Below are positions 9,233-19,483 of a stretch of 45,750 bases of DNA, one piece after another. Made by a program: the position numbers and the translations under genes. How positions within the stretch are numbered: the first letter of the stretch is position 1; each line of letters starts with the position of its first letter. Below the pieces are notes generated by a model. The model searched no databases. It was not told the DNA's origin and saw only the letters and a list, made by a program, of their open reading frames with translations. The DNA is from Candidatus Hodarchaeaceae archaeon. GTDB taxonomy: Archaea > Hadarchaeota > Hadarchaeia > Hadarchaeales > Hadarchaeaceae. The DNA lies in contig JASEGJ010000008.1 of the NCBI GenBank assembly GCA_030018135.1, forward strand, positions 1 to 45,750. Direction: 5' to 3'.

Positions 9233-10530
9233 TCAACCAGTTTCACTTGCGCATCGAGCACGGCCGTTGAAGATTTTTCAAGCTCTGCCCTATTTTCTTC
9301 TATTTTATGTCTTATTTCGCCTAACTTTGTTTGCGTCGCGCCGATGTTAGCGCGAACTCGCTCGAGTTCCAACTTTTGCTGCTCAATCGATTTCTCCAGC
9401 TCAGCCTTTCTCCTCAACAGCGGGGACTGCTTATACGCGCTGCTTTTTGATTCCCTTTCGGCCAATAACTGCCGGTACTCCTTTTGGATGCCGAGCAAAG
9501 TTGTTGTTTTGAGGAGCTCGTGGATCCGCTCGAGCTTTTTCCGACGCTCTCGCGCGCTCAGTTCTACCTCGCCGCTTTGAATTAAGTTTTGAATATCAAG
9601 CAGAAGAGCGTTTAACATGGGCAGCCCATCGACTTCGGAAAGGGCCGCTTCAAATGGGTCATCGATATATAGATCTAGCGCCTTAGCGAGATCCCTGTCT
9701 AGAGGATGTTTCCCAATTGATACCAGATTTCTCATCTTTCGAAAGGGGCGAGAGATGCCTGAGGTGATCGAAATAAATGCGTTTCGTAGATGGTTCATCC
9801 CCTCTTCGAGCTCCAAGAGTTCTCGTTGCAGGCTTTCCAGTTGCTTGAAGTCATCGCATTTCATCAGGCGTTCTAGCTCCGTAGATCCCTCCATCAGGGT
9901 TTGGCTGAGCACACCCTCCCTCCTCTCAAGTAGCTCCTCCTCTACACGCAGCCTCTCGACCTCTTTAGCGAACTCCCTTTGTCGCGCTATTAGTGAGGCG
10001 ATACGGTCTAGCTCCCGGAGTTGTGCACCCTTCTCATTTAAGAGCTCGCCGAGCCTGATCGTTAGCCCGTGCAACTTGTGGATCGATTGGAAGAGGTTCT
10101 GCATTTGTTTTTCAAAAAGTATCGCCACATGGCGACCGTGGGCGGCGCTGGTTTCTGCCACAAGACTTACCGCCCGGGCCGCAGAATCATTAAAATCCAA
10201 CAAGCTTTGCCAAGTTAAATCTCGCGGTCTATTGACCCCATCCATCGCACGAATTATCTTCTCGGTCAGAAGACGTCGGGCTTCATTCCCCATCTTGTAT
10301 AATTTTGGATGTACATCCTCGGTTAGCTCGGCCTCGGAGATGATTTGAGTTGCTATTTTAACGCCTTCACATGCGATGATGATCTCGTCCACTTTCGGTT
10401 TTAAGATTTCTACTGCTTCAGCAGACCGGTCCTCCTTTAGGTGTTTTATTTGTTCATCAAGCAAATCGAGCGTAAGTTCCTTAATTTGAGGCGCTGCGGG
10501 CTTTTTGCCGAATATTTTGCGGAAAAACAT
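9229..10530 (-). CDS. Long coiled-coil hypothetical protein
   Basis: Heptad-rich E/L/K/R sequence with no Walker A motif seen; likely start [10 protein letters not shown] at 10530. Confidence 0.75.
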   Translation of the reverse strand: MFFRKIFGKKPAAPQIKELTLDLLDEQIKHLKEDRSAEAVEILKPKVDEIIIACEGVKIATQIISEAELTEDVHPKLYKMGNEARRLLTEKIIRAMDGVNRPRDLTWQSLLDFNDSAARAVSLVAETSAAHGRHVAILFEKQMQNLFQSIHKLHGLTIRLGELLNEKGAQLRELDRIASLIARQREFAKEVERLRVEEELLERREGVLSQTLMEGSTELERLMKCDDFKQLESLQRELLELEEGMNHLRNAFISITSGISRPFRKMRNLVSIGKHPLDRDLAKALDLYIDDPFEAALSEVDGLPMLNALLLDIQNLIQSGEVELSARERRKKLERIHELLKTTTLLGIQKEYRQLLAERESKSSAYKQSPLLRRKAELEKSIEQQKLELERVRANIGATQTKLGEIRHKIEENRAELEKSSTAVLDAQVKLVD

Positions 10531-10754
10531 CAAACTCGCCAAACGATACCTAGCTGAACCACTGTTTAAAAAGTTCGGCATCGAACGTTCGCCAGCAACT
10601 GGTGGTTATACTTAAAGGATAATCCAAATTCAAGATCCTTATCCTTGTCATTTCCGCCTCTAACTACGCCGGACAAAACGCTTCTAAATTTGAGCGAGTG
10701 AACCTTTAATAGCACTTGCGGCGATGTTATCACATCAAGAAAGGAGTTGAAGGA

Positions 10755-10988
10755 GTGTATAGACCAAGAGGATTCAGACCGAGAGGTGAACGAGGGCCGC
10801 CTGCTCCGGTTAAAGTGGGCGACACACCCACCGTGAAGATAGAGGGACGAGGAAAGGGTGGCGACGGGATCGCCCGCGTGGAGGGGTTCGTGGTCTTCGT
10901 GCCCGGCACAAACGTCGGGGATGAGGTAAGGGTCCGGATAACCGCCGTACAGCGAAGATTTGCCACAGCTGAAGTTGTCAAAGAGTGA
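10755..10988 (+). CDS. Single TRAM-domain RNA-binding protein
   Basis: PPAPVKVGD...[28 protein letters not shown]...FATAEV; GTG start after GGAG. Confidence 0.9.
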   Translation: MYRPRGFRPRGERGPPAPVKVGDTPTVKIEGRGKGGDGIARVEGFVVFVPGTNVGDEVRVRITAVQRRFATAEVVKE

Positions 10989-11091
10989 GCCCTCTTTTAC
11001 TTTGAGCTCTGGCCTTCTCGCTTGAAATAGCGACAGCTTCAGATTTTCACCGCGGATGCCAAACACCTACGCTCGTAGATTTGTGCATTAA

Positions 11092-12114
<1,023 letters not shown>

Positions 12115-12132
12115 ATTGGTCAAACGAACGCC

Positions 12133-12822
12133 ATGAACAAGGTGACGGGGCCCATGTCGCTGATCAAAAAAGGGGCTGAGGCCAATCTCTACCTCGAGGA
12201 CTTCTCAAGGGCGCTCCACCCCGCCGGCGCCGGCCGAGTCATCATCAAACATCGCATAAGCAAGCGCTACCGAGTACCACAACTCGACCTGCAGCTTCGG
12301 GAGAGCCGCACAGCCCTCGAGGCGAAATTATTCGCGGATGCCAAGGCCGCGGGGGTGCCGACGCCGGCTGTGTACGAGATCGACCGCGCCGCCACGCGAC
12401 TCATCATGGAATACATCGAAGGGAAGCAAGTAAAACTCATATTGGATGGGCTCGAGCCGGGCGAGAGGCGCAAGCTTTGCAGACTCATCGGTAGGCAGGT
12501 CGCCCGTCTGCACGCGGCGGGAATTGTGCACGGCGACCTGACGACATCCAACATGATCCTGACTAGTGAGGGAAAGGTCTTCTTCGTCGATTTTGGGCTC
12601 GGCGAGTACGACTCCTCGCTCGAAGCTCGGGGCGTGGACCTCCACCTGCTCGGGCGCGCCCTCCAGAGCGTTCACTTCCGCATCGCCGATGGGGCCTACC
12701 GCGCCGTTCTCTCCGGTTATAGGCGTGAATTCGGAAAGGGGGCCGACGAAGTCGTAGAACGCGCCAAGGAGATCGAGCTTCGCGGGAGGTATGTGGCTAA
12801 GGAGGAAAGAGTATGGCATTGA
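12133..12822 (+). CDS. bud32: KEOPS kinase Bud32
   Basis: GAEA, HGDLTTSN, DFGL, EARGVDL, RGRY. Confidence 0.96.
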   Translation: MNKVTGPMSLIKKGAEANLYLEDFSRALHPAGAGRVIIKHRISKRYRVPQLDLQLRESRTALEAKLFADAKAAGVPTPAVYEIDRAATRLIMEYIEGKQVKLILDGLEPGERRKLCRLIGRQVARLHAAGIVHGDLTTSNMILTSEGKVFFVDFGLGEYDSSLEARGVDLHLLGRALQSVHFRIADGAYRAVLSGYRREFGKGADEVVERAKEIELRGRYVAKEERVWH

Positions 12823-13391
12823 TCTTCGCCACCGGCAATCGCCACAAGTTCAAGGAAGCGAGCGAACTGGCATCGAAGTACGGCTTGGAGCTGGAGATGC
12901 GCGATGTGAATTACGAGGAGATCCAAGCGGATGAGTTGGAGGAAATCGCGCGCCACGGCGCCGAGAAAGCCTGCGCCCTGCTCGGCAGGCCTTGCTTCGT
13001 CGAAGACGCTGGGCTATTCGTCAGGGCGCTCAGCGACTTTCCTGGGCCCTACTCCTCGTATGTGTTCAGGACCATAGGCAACGAGGGCTTGCTGAAGTTG
13101 ATGGTGGGCGTGAGCGATAGGCGGGCTGAGTTCAGGTCGGTGGTGGCCTACTGCGAGCCAAGTTCGGGGCCCATGAGCTTCGAGGGGAAGGTCCAAGGGA
13201 GCGTAGCACTCGAGGCTCGGGGGTCGCGCGGCTTTGGGTTTGACCCCATCTTCACCCCGCGAGGGGCCAGCGGCCGAACCTTCGCGGAGATGGCGATAGA
13301 TGAAAAAAACAAATTTTCCCATCGAGCCAAGTCAATCGAGGGTCTTCTTAAATGGTACCTGAGGAAATCTGGAGGTCGTCTTGAAAAATAG
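12813..13391 (+). CDS. rdgB: XTP/dITP diphosphatase (RdgB/HAM1)
   Basis: FATGNRHK, EDAGL, FPGPYS, GFGFDPIF, KNKFSHR. Confidence 0.96.
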   Translation: MALIFATGNRHKFKEASELASKYGLELEMRDVNYEEIQADELEEIARHGAEKACALLGRPCFVEDAGLFVRALSDFPGPYSSYVFRTIGNEGLLKLMVGVSDRRAEFRSVVAYCEPSSGPMSFEGKVQGSVALEARGSRGFGFDPIFTPRGASGRTFAEMAIDEKNKFSHRAKSIEGLLKWYLRKSGGRLEK

Positions 13392-13517
13392 CCCACACCC
13401 ACCGCAACCATATCAACATGACTAACAATATCACTATCACAACTATCATCCGACGTGGTGCAACCGTAAGGTTTCTTAAGTGGTACGCCAAAATGAAAAA
13501 GGCTTGATGGTGGGAAA

Positions 13518-13934
13518 ATGGAAAAAATCAAAAATGTAAAACGTGGAGCATCCGGCGGTATGCTGACGGGAGAGGTCGAGGAGCTGGTGGTGAAGCTCGC
13601 CAAGAAGGGCCACCCAGCGAGCAAGATTGGCATCATCCTGCGCGACCAATACGGCGTGCCGAGCGTCAAACGGACGACGGGTAAAAGTATGATACAAATC
13701 CTAAGGAAGCACGGCTTAAAGCCAGAACTGCCCGAGGACTTGATGAACGTGATAAAAAAAGCAGTTGAGCTGCACAGACATCTCGCACAAAATCGGAAGG
13801 ATACTGCCTCCAAACACGCCCTCGAGTTGATTGAGGGAAGGATCAATAAACTCGCTAAATACTATATCCGTACTGGCGTGTTGCCTGTGGATTGGCGTTA
13901 CGATCCCGAGAAAGCGGCCCTCTTGGTTCGCTGA
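13518..13934 (+). CDS. rps15: 30S ribosomal protein S15 (S13e family)
   Basis: [38 protein letters not shown]. Confidence 0.95.
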   Translation: MEKIKNVKRGASGGMLTGEVEELVVKLAKKGHPASKIGIILRDQYGVPSVKRTTGKSMIQILRKHGLKPELPEDLMNVIKKAVELHRHLAQNRKDTASKHALELIEGRINKLAKYYIRTGVLPVDWRYDPEKAALLVR

Positions 13935-13946
13935 GCGGGTGCTAGT

Positions 13947-15356
13947 TTGGGGTCCGCTGAGATAAGAAGATTTCAACGCAGGGCCGATGATGTCGCGGAA
14001 TTCCTTAAAGCCCACCTTGTCGGCGAGAGCCGCGTCAGGATAATCGCTCACATCGATGCCGACGGGATAGCGGCGGCGGGCATTTTGGCAAGGTGTCTGT
14101 ATGCCTACAATACTCCGTTCCACATCATGTTTACGCGTCCGCTCAAGCCAGCGGAAATAATGGAACTCAGCAAGGAGGACTACGATCTTTTTATATTCGT
14201 CGATCAAGGCAGCGGTCAAATTGCCGCCATCCATAAGTTTTTGCTCAGCAAGGAATGCGATGTACTGATTTTGGACCATCATCCGAGCGATTTTCCGGAA
14301 CACAAAAATCTCGCGTATCTCAATCCGCACGCCTGCGGGCTAAACGGTGCCAAAGACGTGAGCGCGGCGGGCGCTGCCTATTCGGTCGTTGAACATGTTG
14401 ATAAAAACTTTAAACCGCTTGTTGGGCTGGCGATCGTGGGTGCCGTCGGCGATCGTCAAGAGTTCTTTTCTGGCTTTACCGGCGTGAACGAGGTACTCGT
14501 CAAGCGAGCTATAGATCTTGGCCTTATCCGCGTCAGCACTGGTCTAAAGCTGATAGGTCGCAGCTTCTCCCAGATCGCTGAATGCCTGAGGCTGTCCATC
14601 AGGCCATATTTGCCAAGCATCTCGAGCGATCCAACCGCATGCTACGCCTTGGTCGAGTCACTTGATATCTCACCAAAAAGTACTATTGATGAACTTGGTC
14701 AGGAGATGGAAGGGAAGCTCGGAGACGCACTTCTAGCCAGAGTTGGCCAAGTTGCGGCAGATGAAAACTTCCGGTATACCCTTTTGGGAACCGTGTATAC
14801 CTTGACGAAAGGGGCGACCGGTCCGCGCGATGTGCGAGATCAGGTAGCAATGCTCGATGCATGTGGCAAATTTAACAAAGCAGAACTCGGATTTGCAGTA
14901 ACCGTGGGCGATCAAGTTGTGCTGACGGAGGCGCTCGCATTACTTCGCATCTATCAGGAGCACATGGTCGGGGTGCTAAGATGGCTCACAGCAAATATAG
15001 ATACATTTAGGATCACACCCCACATGCGCTGCATTTACGCGGAGGATGCGATCGAGCCCACTATGATAGGGGAAGCACTTTCCCTAGCGATGGAATCTGG
15101 AATAATCGCGACGGATCGCCCTGTGATCGGACTTGTAGATGCTGGCGCTGAGGAACTCAAGGTTTCCGCCAGGGCGACGCCCGGCTTGGCGATGAGAGGC
15201 GCGAATGTGGGGCTGGCACTCGCGAGGGCAGCCGAGGCGGTTGGCGGCGAGGGAGGAGGACATGATGTCTCAGCGGCGGCGCGAATACCGCGAAGGCGGA
15301 TGGATGAATTCACGGTGGTGCTTGACCGGGCCCTCGCAGGAAATCATGGAGCATGA
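13947..15356 (+). CDS. RecJ/Cdc45-like DHH phosphoesterase (GAN-like)
   Basis: HIDADG, DQGSG, DHH and C-terminal GGGH DHHA1 motifs; conserved position after rps15. Confidence 0.9.
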   Translation: MGSAEIRRFQRRADDVAEFLKAHLVGESRVRIIAHIDADGIAAAGILARCLYAYNTPFHIMFTRPLKPAEIMELSKEDYDLFIFVDQGSGQIAAIHKFLLSKECDVLILDHHPSDFPEHKNLAYLNPHACGLNGAKDVSAAGAAYSVVEHVDKNFKPLVGLAIVGAVGDRQEFFSGFTGVNEVLVKRAIDLGLIRVSTGLKLIGRSFSQIAECLRLSIRPYLPSISSDPTACYALVESLDISPKSTIDELGQEMEGKLGDALLARVGQVAADENFRYTLLGTVYTLTKGATGPRDVRDQVAMLDACGKFNKAELGFAVTVGDQVVLTEALALLRIYQEHMVGVLRWLTANIDTFRITPHMRCIYAEDAIEPTMIGEALSLAMESGIIATDRPVIGLVDAGAEELKVSARATPGLAMRGANVGLALARAAEAVGGEGGGHDVSAAARIPRRRMDEFTVVLDRALAGNHGA

Positions 15357-15468
15357 CCGATGGACGAAACAAAAATTCAGGTTAGTTTAAGGCTTCGCGC
15401 GCAATCGGGCTCCTCGGCCCTAGCCACGTTTATTAGATAGCTTTTGATAAAATTGTTTAAGGGATACC

Positions 15469-15891
15469 GTGACATTTGAACAGAGTGACCTCCAGAGGTT
15501 GATTGAGGAGATAATTGAACTTTACCAACGTTACTGTAGCGACCCAAGCGCGATTGACGTTATTTGCTCGGAGCTAAGGACACTTTACCAGAAAATACCA
15601 ATTTATCCGGGAATCATTGTAGATTGTTTACCAAAAATTGTGCAGCCCCTCAGACCTGAGGAACTAAAGGAAGGGAACGAAATTTCAGTTCTACTGAAGA
15701 ACAATCAGATATTTGTTGGAAAGGTCGCGGCAGTTGCCTCAGACAAAATAACGTTAGTCGACTGCAAACAGTTTGAGCGACCGAGGTCATTAGGGGAAGT
15801 TAGCCTCCCCATGCGCGATGTACATGGGATCAAGCTACTCATGCGCGGTATACTTCAAAAGGAGTGGCCAAGTCTGGACTTTGGAGAATGA
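15469..15891 (+). CDS. Hypothetical protein with a possible C-terminal Sm/LSm-like beta-barrel
   Basis: Helical N-terminus, then GNEISVLLKNNQIFVGKV...DKITLVDC, which resembles an Sm1 motif; stop overlaps the Clp1 start. Confidence 0.6.
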   Translation: MTFEQSDLQRLIEEIIELYQRYCSDPSAIDVICSELRTLYQKIPIYPGIIVDCLPKIVQPLRPEELKEGNEISVLLKNNQIFVGKVAAVASDKITLVDCKQFERPRSLGEVSLPMRDVHGIKLLMRGILQKEWPSLDFGE

Positions 15892-17165
15892 TGTGCCGAG
15901 GTGCCGAAGTGCCGGAGCTAAAACTTAAGCGAGGCGATGTGGTCAGGCTTGAAGGGATGCTGAGCCTCCGAGTCAAGGAGGGCAATGTATCCATAAGCGG
16001 GGGCCTGCACGGAAAGGATAGCAAAATCGTGGTACCCCGAGCCAAATCATTGCCGTTGGAGGCAGAGACCGATGCGGTGGTGGAATACGCACTCGGGGCC
16101 GGTGGGAGCCTTGAGCAGCTACCAGAACGGACGATCCCCCATGAATGGGATGTTTTTATCGAGGATGTTATTCAAGCGAAACCCCTCATCATAATGGTGA
16201 TGGGGGATGTCGATGTCGGCAAGACTTTCTTCACAACTTACGTGGCAAATAAGTTGCTGAGGCAAGGCATAAGGGTCGCGGCCGTTGATAGCGATATCGG
16301 CCAAGCCGACATTGGTCCGCCGAGCACGATGGGTTTGGGGATTTTCGAGCGGCCCGTTGGTCTGCTGTACGAGATACCCGCGCGGGCGATTTACTTCATC
16401 GGTTCGATGTCCCCCTCCGGACATATGTTGGAGTTCATCGTTGGAATGAAGAAAATGGCCGAGCGCGGCTTAAAGGAGGCCGACATGACGATCGTAAACA
16501 CGCCGGGCTGGATTTCCGGCGGGCCAGCCCGTGCACTTCAACTCCACGCGATGGAGTCGCTCGACCCTGATATCGTGGTAGCTCTTCAGCAGGATAAAGA
16601 ATTAGAGCACTTGTTAGTTTGTGCTCCGCCGGCGAAGGTTAGAAGGGTACCTGCATCGAAAAAAGTGCGGCCGAGATCTCGTGAGGAACGGGCATTCTTA
16701 CGCGAGCTGCTCTTGGCGAGGTACTTCGAGGGCGCTGGCAGGGTCAAGCTAGATTTGCGCAGGGTCAGGCTGGAGCGCTGCTACTATCGCACGGGTCAGT
16801 TGCTAGATCCAAGGACATTGGGTGTGCATGCATCAATCGTCCATGCCGAAAAGCTACCCGAAGCGCTACTCGTGGTAGTTGAAGGCGCGTTAGATAGGGA
16901 GGCGATGCACAGGCTCGAAGCGAACTTTGGGCAGGTGAAGACAATCTCGAGGGGTAGCGAGAAGAATCTTCTGGTCGGCTTAGTGGATGGCTCAAATGAA
17001 CTGCTCGGCATAGGGATAATCGAAGAGATAAACTACGCGCGAGAGAAGATGATCGTGATCACGCCCGTGAAGGACGGAGATAAAATCGCGGCGGTCCAAT
17101 TTGGATCGATGAAGATAAAGCCAAGTGGCAAAGAGGTGGGGGCGGTGAGGCCCGGGACCTTCTAG
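15888..17165 (+). CDS. Clp1/Grc3-family polynucleotide 5'-hydroxyl kinase
   Basis: GDVDVGKT P-loop, DSDIGQ, NTPGW, R..R.ERA..RE lid and an N-terminal beta-sandwich. Confidence 0.9.
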   Translation: MMCRGAEVPELKLKRGDVVRLEGMLSLRVKEGNVSISGGLHGKDSKIVVPRAKSLPLEAETDAVVEYALGAGGSLEQLPERTIPHEWDVFIEDVIQAKPLIIMVMGDVDVGKTFFTTYVANKLLRQGIRVAAVDSDIGQADIGPPSTMGLGIFERPVGLLYEIPARAIYFIGSMSPSGHMLEFIVGMKKMAERGLKEADMTIVNTPGWISGGPARALQLHAMESLDPDIVVALQQDKELEHLLVCAPPAKVRRVPASKKVRPRSREERAFLRELLLARYFEGAGRVKLDLRRVRLERCYYRTGQLLDPRTLGVHASIVHAEKLPEALLVVVEGALDREAMHRLEANFGQVKTISRGSEKNLLVGLVDGSNELLGIGIIEEINYAREKMIVITPVKDGDKIAAVQFGSMKIKPSGKEVGAVRPGTF

Positions 17166-17173
17166 GTGTTTTC

Positions 17174-17407
17174 ATGGAGATGCGAGCTAAGGTCGTCTGC
17201 GAGTACGAAAACAATCCCATATCCCGCGCAATCGCTGAAGCGCTGAAGCCGGACAACATTCAAGCCCCGAAGGGCATAAAAACAGCGACTGCGGCGCGCG
17301 GCGGACGGGTCGTTACAACCCTTGAGATGGATGGCAAAATTGAAACACTCCTAGCAACGCTCGATGATTTACTTTCCTGCACCTCCACCGCCGAGAGCGT
17401 CCTTTGA
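17174..17407 (+). CDS. KEOPS Pcc1-family subunit (possibly the Pcc2 paralogue)
   Basis: 77 aa, ALKPDN...IETLLATLDDLL; rps15-DHH-pcc-serS-rps3ae context. Confidence 0.8.
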   Translation: MEMRAKVVCEYENNPISRAIAEALKPDNIQAPKGIKTATAARGGRVVTTLEMDGKIETLLATLDDLLSCTSTAESVL

Positions 17408-18688
17408 TCATTTTGGACCTATTTTTTCGATGCCCATATAGGGCGCCAATACTTCCGGAACTGAGATCGAGCCGTCCTTCTGCTGGTAGTTCTCGAGAAT
17501 TGCTATTAATACCCTCTCCGTCGCCACCAGCGTGCTATTTAATGTGTGAACAAATTTCGCCGGTTCTCCTGGTCTATCCCTGTACCTTATGTTTGATCTC
17601 ACAGCCTGATAGGAAGTGCAATTACTACACGATGCCACTTCGCGATACTTCCCTTGTCCCGGTAGCCATACCTCCAAATCGTATTTTTTGGCCGCCACCG
17701 TCCCCAAGTCACCACTGCAGACATTCACCACCCTATAAGGCAACTCCATCTTTTGAAAAATTTCCTCCGCATTTGCAATCAATCCCTCATGCTCGTCCCA
17801 AGAATTCTCCGGCTTACAGAAGGTAAATTGTTCAATTTTCTCAAACTGGTGGACTCTGAAAATCCCTTTGGTGTCCCTGCCGTGCGTCCCGGCCTCCTTT
17901 CTAAAACATGGGCTCACGCCGCTGTACCTTAGGGGTAGATCTTTTCCATCTAATGTTTCATCCATATGTAGCGCCAACAGCGCATGTTCTGATGTGGCAA
18001 GTAGGTACAAATCCTCGTTCTCAACCTTGTATATGGTATCCTCGAAATCGGATAGTGCGACTGCGCCTTCAAGGGGTTTCCTCTTCAGCATGTAGGGCGG
18101 CTGAAACAGGGCAAATCCCTTCCCCGCAATAAAATCCAGCGCAAATTTTACGATGGCATAGTTCAGTTGGACCAATTCACCCTTCAGGTAGTAAAACCTC
18201 GCGCCGGCCACTTTGGCGGCTCGCTCAAGGTCGATCAGGCCAAGGTTCAACGCGAGATCGATGTGATCCTTTGGCACGAAATCAAATTCTGGTATTTTCC
18301 CCCACCTTCTTACCTCGACGTTATCGTTTTCATCTTTACCCGCGGGCACTGACTCATGCATGAGGTTTGGCAGGCGGAGGAGTATGTAGTCTACCTTTTC
18401 TTTGAACTCCAGCGCTGCCCGTTCCGTCTGCTTTATTTTCGACGGGATCGCCTTCGCTTCTTTAAGCTTCTCGGTTGCATCTCTGCCCTCTTTTTTAAGT
18501 CTCGCTATCTCTTCGGTGATCCTGTTTTGCCTCTCCCTCAGCTTATTTGCTTCGAGGGTAAATTTTCTCCAATTCCTATCGTATTCCAACAAATCGTCGA
18601 CCCATTTTACCTTTGCCAAATCCCCGCGCTTGACCAAGTCATCTTTCACCGCGAGTGGATTTTTGCGCACAAATTTTATATCGAGCAT
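17408..18688 (-). CDS. serS: Serine--tRNA ligase (standard/bacterial-type)
   Basis: MLDIKFVR, ATSE, FRKEAG...GIFRVHQFEK, EVASCSNCT, HTLNST. Confidence 0.97.
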   Translation of the reverse strand: MLDIKFVRKNPLAVKDDLVKRGDLAKVKWVDDLLEYDRNWRKFTLEANKLRERQNRITEEIARLKKEGRDATEKLKEAKAIPSKIKQTERAALEFKEKVDYILLRLPNLMHESVPAGKDENDNVEVRRWGKIPEFDFVPKDHIDLALNLGLIDLERAAKVAGARFYYLKGELVQLNYAIVKFALDFIAGKGFALFQPPYMLKRKPLEGAVALSDFEDTIYKVENEDLYLLATSEHALLALHMDETLDGKDLPLRYSGVSPCFRKEAGTHGRDTKGIFRVHQFEKIEQFTFCKPENSWDEHEGLIANAEEIFQKMELPYRVVNVCSGDLGTVAAKKYDLEVWLPGQGKYREVASCSNCTSYQAVRSNIRYRDRPGEPAKFVHTLNSTLVATERVLIAILENYQQKDGSISVPEVLAPYMGIEKIGPK

Positions 18689-18860
18689 AATTGAACCCTC
18701 AGTGTAAGGAGTATATTTATGGCAATCTAAAAATCTTTATGAACTTATCCTTTCGTCCGACCCTCTTTTAACCTAGGTCGAGCAACGAAAATCGCTGGAA
18801 TGATCGCTGGAAGGTATTTAAGTTCGTCAGCGGAGAGAACACTGAAAGCAATCTTGGGGG

Positions 18861-19472
18861 ATACTCACGGAAGAAGAAAAGAAGCCGGCGCGGCGCGCAG
18901 CTAAGGACATGTGGCGCGAGAAGGGATGGTATGACGTAGTTGCACCACCCATGTTCGGTGGGGCGAAAATAGGCGAAACGCCGGCTTTGGATGCTCGTCA
19001 GTTGCCGGGGCGAGTGCTTGAGACCACCCTCGGCGATTTGATAGACGACTTCTCCAAGTCACACATCAAGCTTTACTTTCAGGTTGAGGGCATCGAGGGA
19101 AACCGCGCCCTGACGAGGTTCATTGGCCACGATATGGCGCGCGACTACGTGCGAAGTCAGGTCAGGCGGCGCACAACAAAGGTCGAAGGTATTTTCACGG
19201 TGACGACGCAGGATGGCCATAAGCTGCGAGTTGGCTCCATGGTGACATCCCTTCGTCGAATTCAAAGCTCTCAGATCGATGCAATTCGCGCTGGGATGCG
19301 CAAAATTATCGAGAATAGAGCCGCGGAACGCAAATTGGATCAATTTGTACAGGAGGTCGTGCTCGGCAAACTGGCGGCGGACATCTACAAGACAATTAAA
19401 AAGATATGTCCTGTTAAAAGGGTGGAAGTTCGAAAGACAAAAGTACTCAGTGCCCCCATATCCCAACAATAG
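18861..19472 (+). CDS. rps3ae: 30S ribosomal protein S3ae
   Basis: KDMWREKGWYDVVAP, GRVLETTLGDL, RDYVRSQVRR, KICPVKRVEVRK. The start is uncertain: first ATG is 18909, but the frame is open and plausible from 18861. Confidence 0.93.
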   Translation: MLTEEEKKPARRAAKDMWREKGWYDVVAPPMFGGAKIGETPALDARQLPGRVLETTLGDLIDDFSKSHIKLYFQVEGIEGNRALTRFIGHDMARDYVRSQVRRRTTKVEGIFTVTTQDGHKLRVGSMVTSLRRIQSSQIDAIRAGMRKIIENRAAERKLDQFVQEVVLGKLAADIYKTIKKICPVKRVEVRKTKVLSAPISQQ

Positions 19473-19483
19473 GCTGGTTTTTT

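Noticed and set aside
9229-10530. SMC/Rad50 call for the coiled-coil protein
   Set aside because: No Walker A/B, signature or hook motifs, and it is too short.
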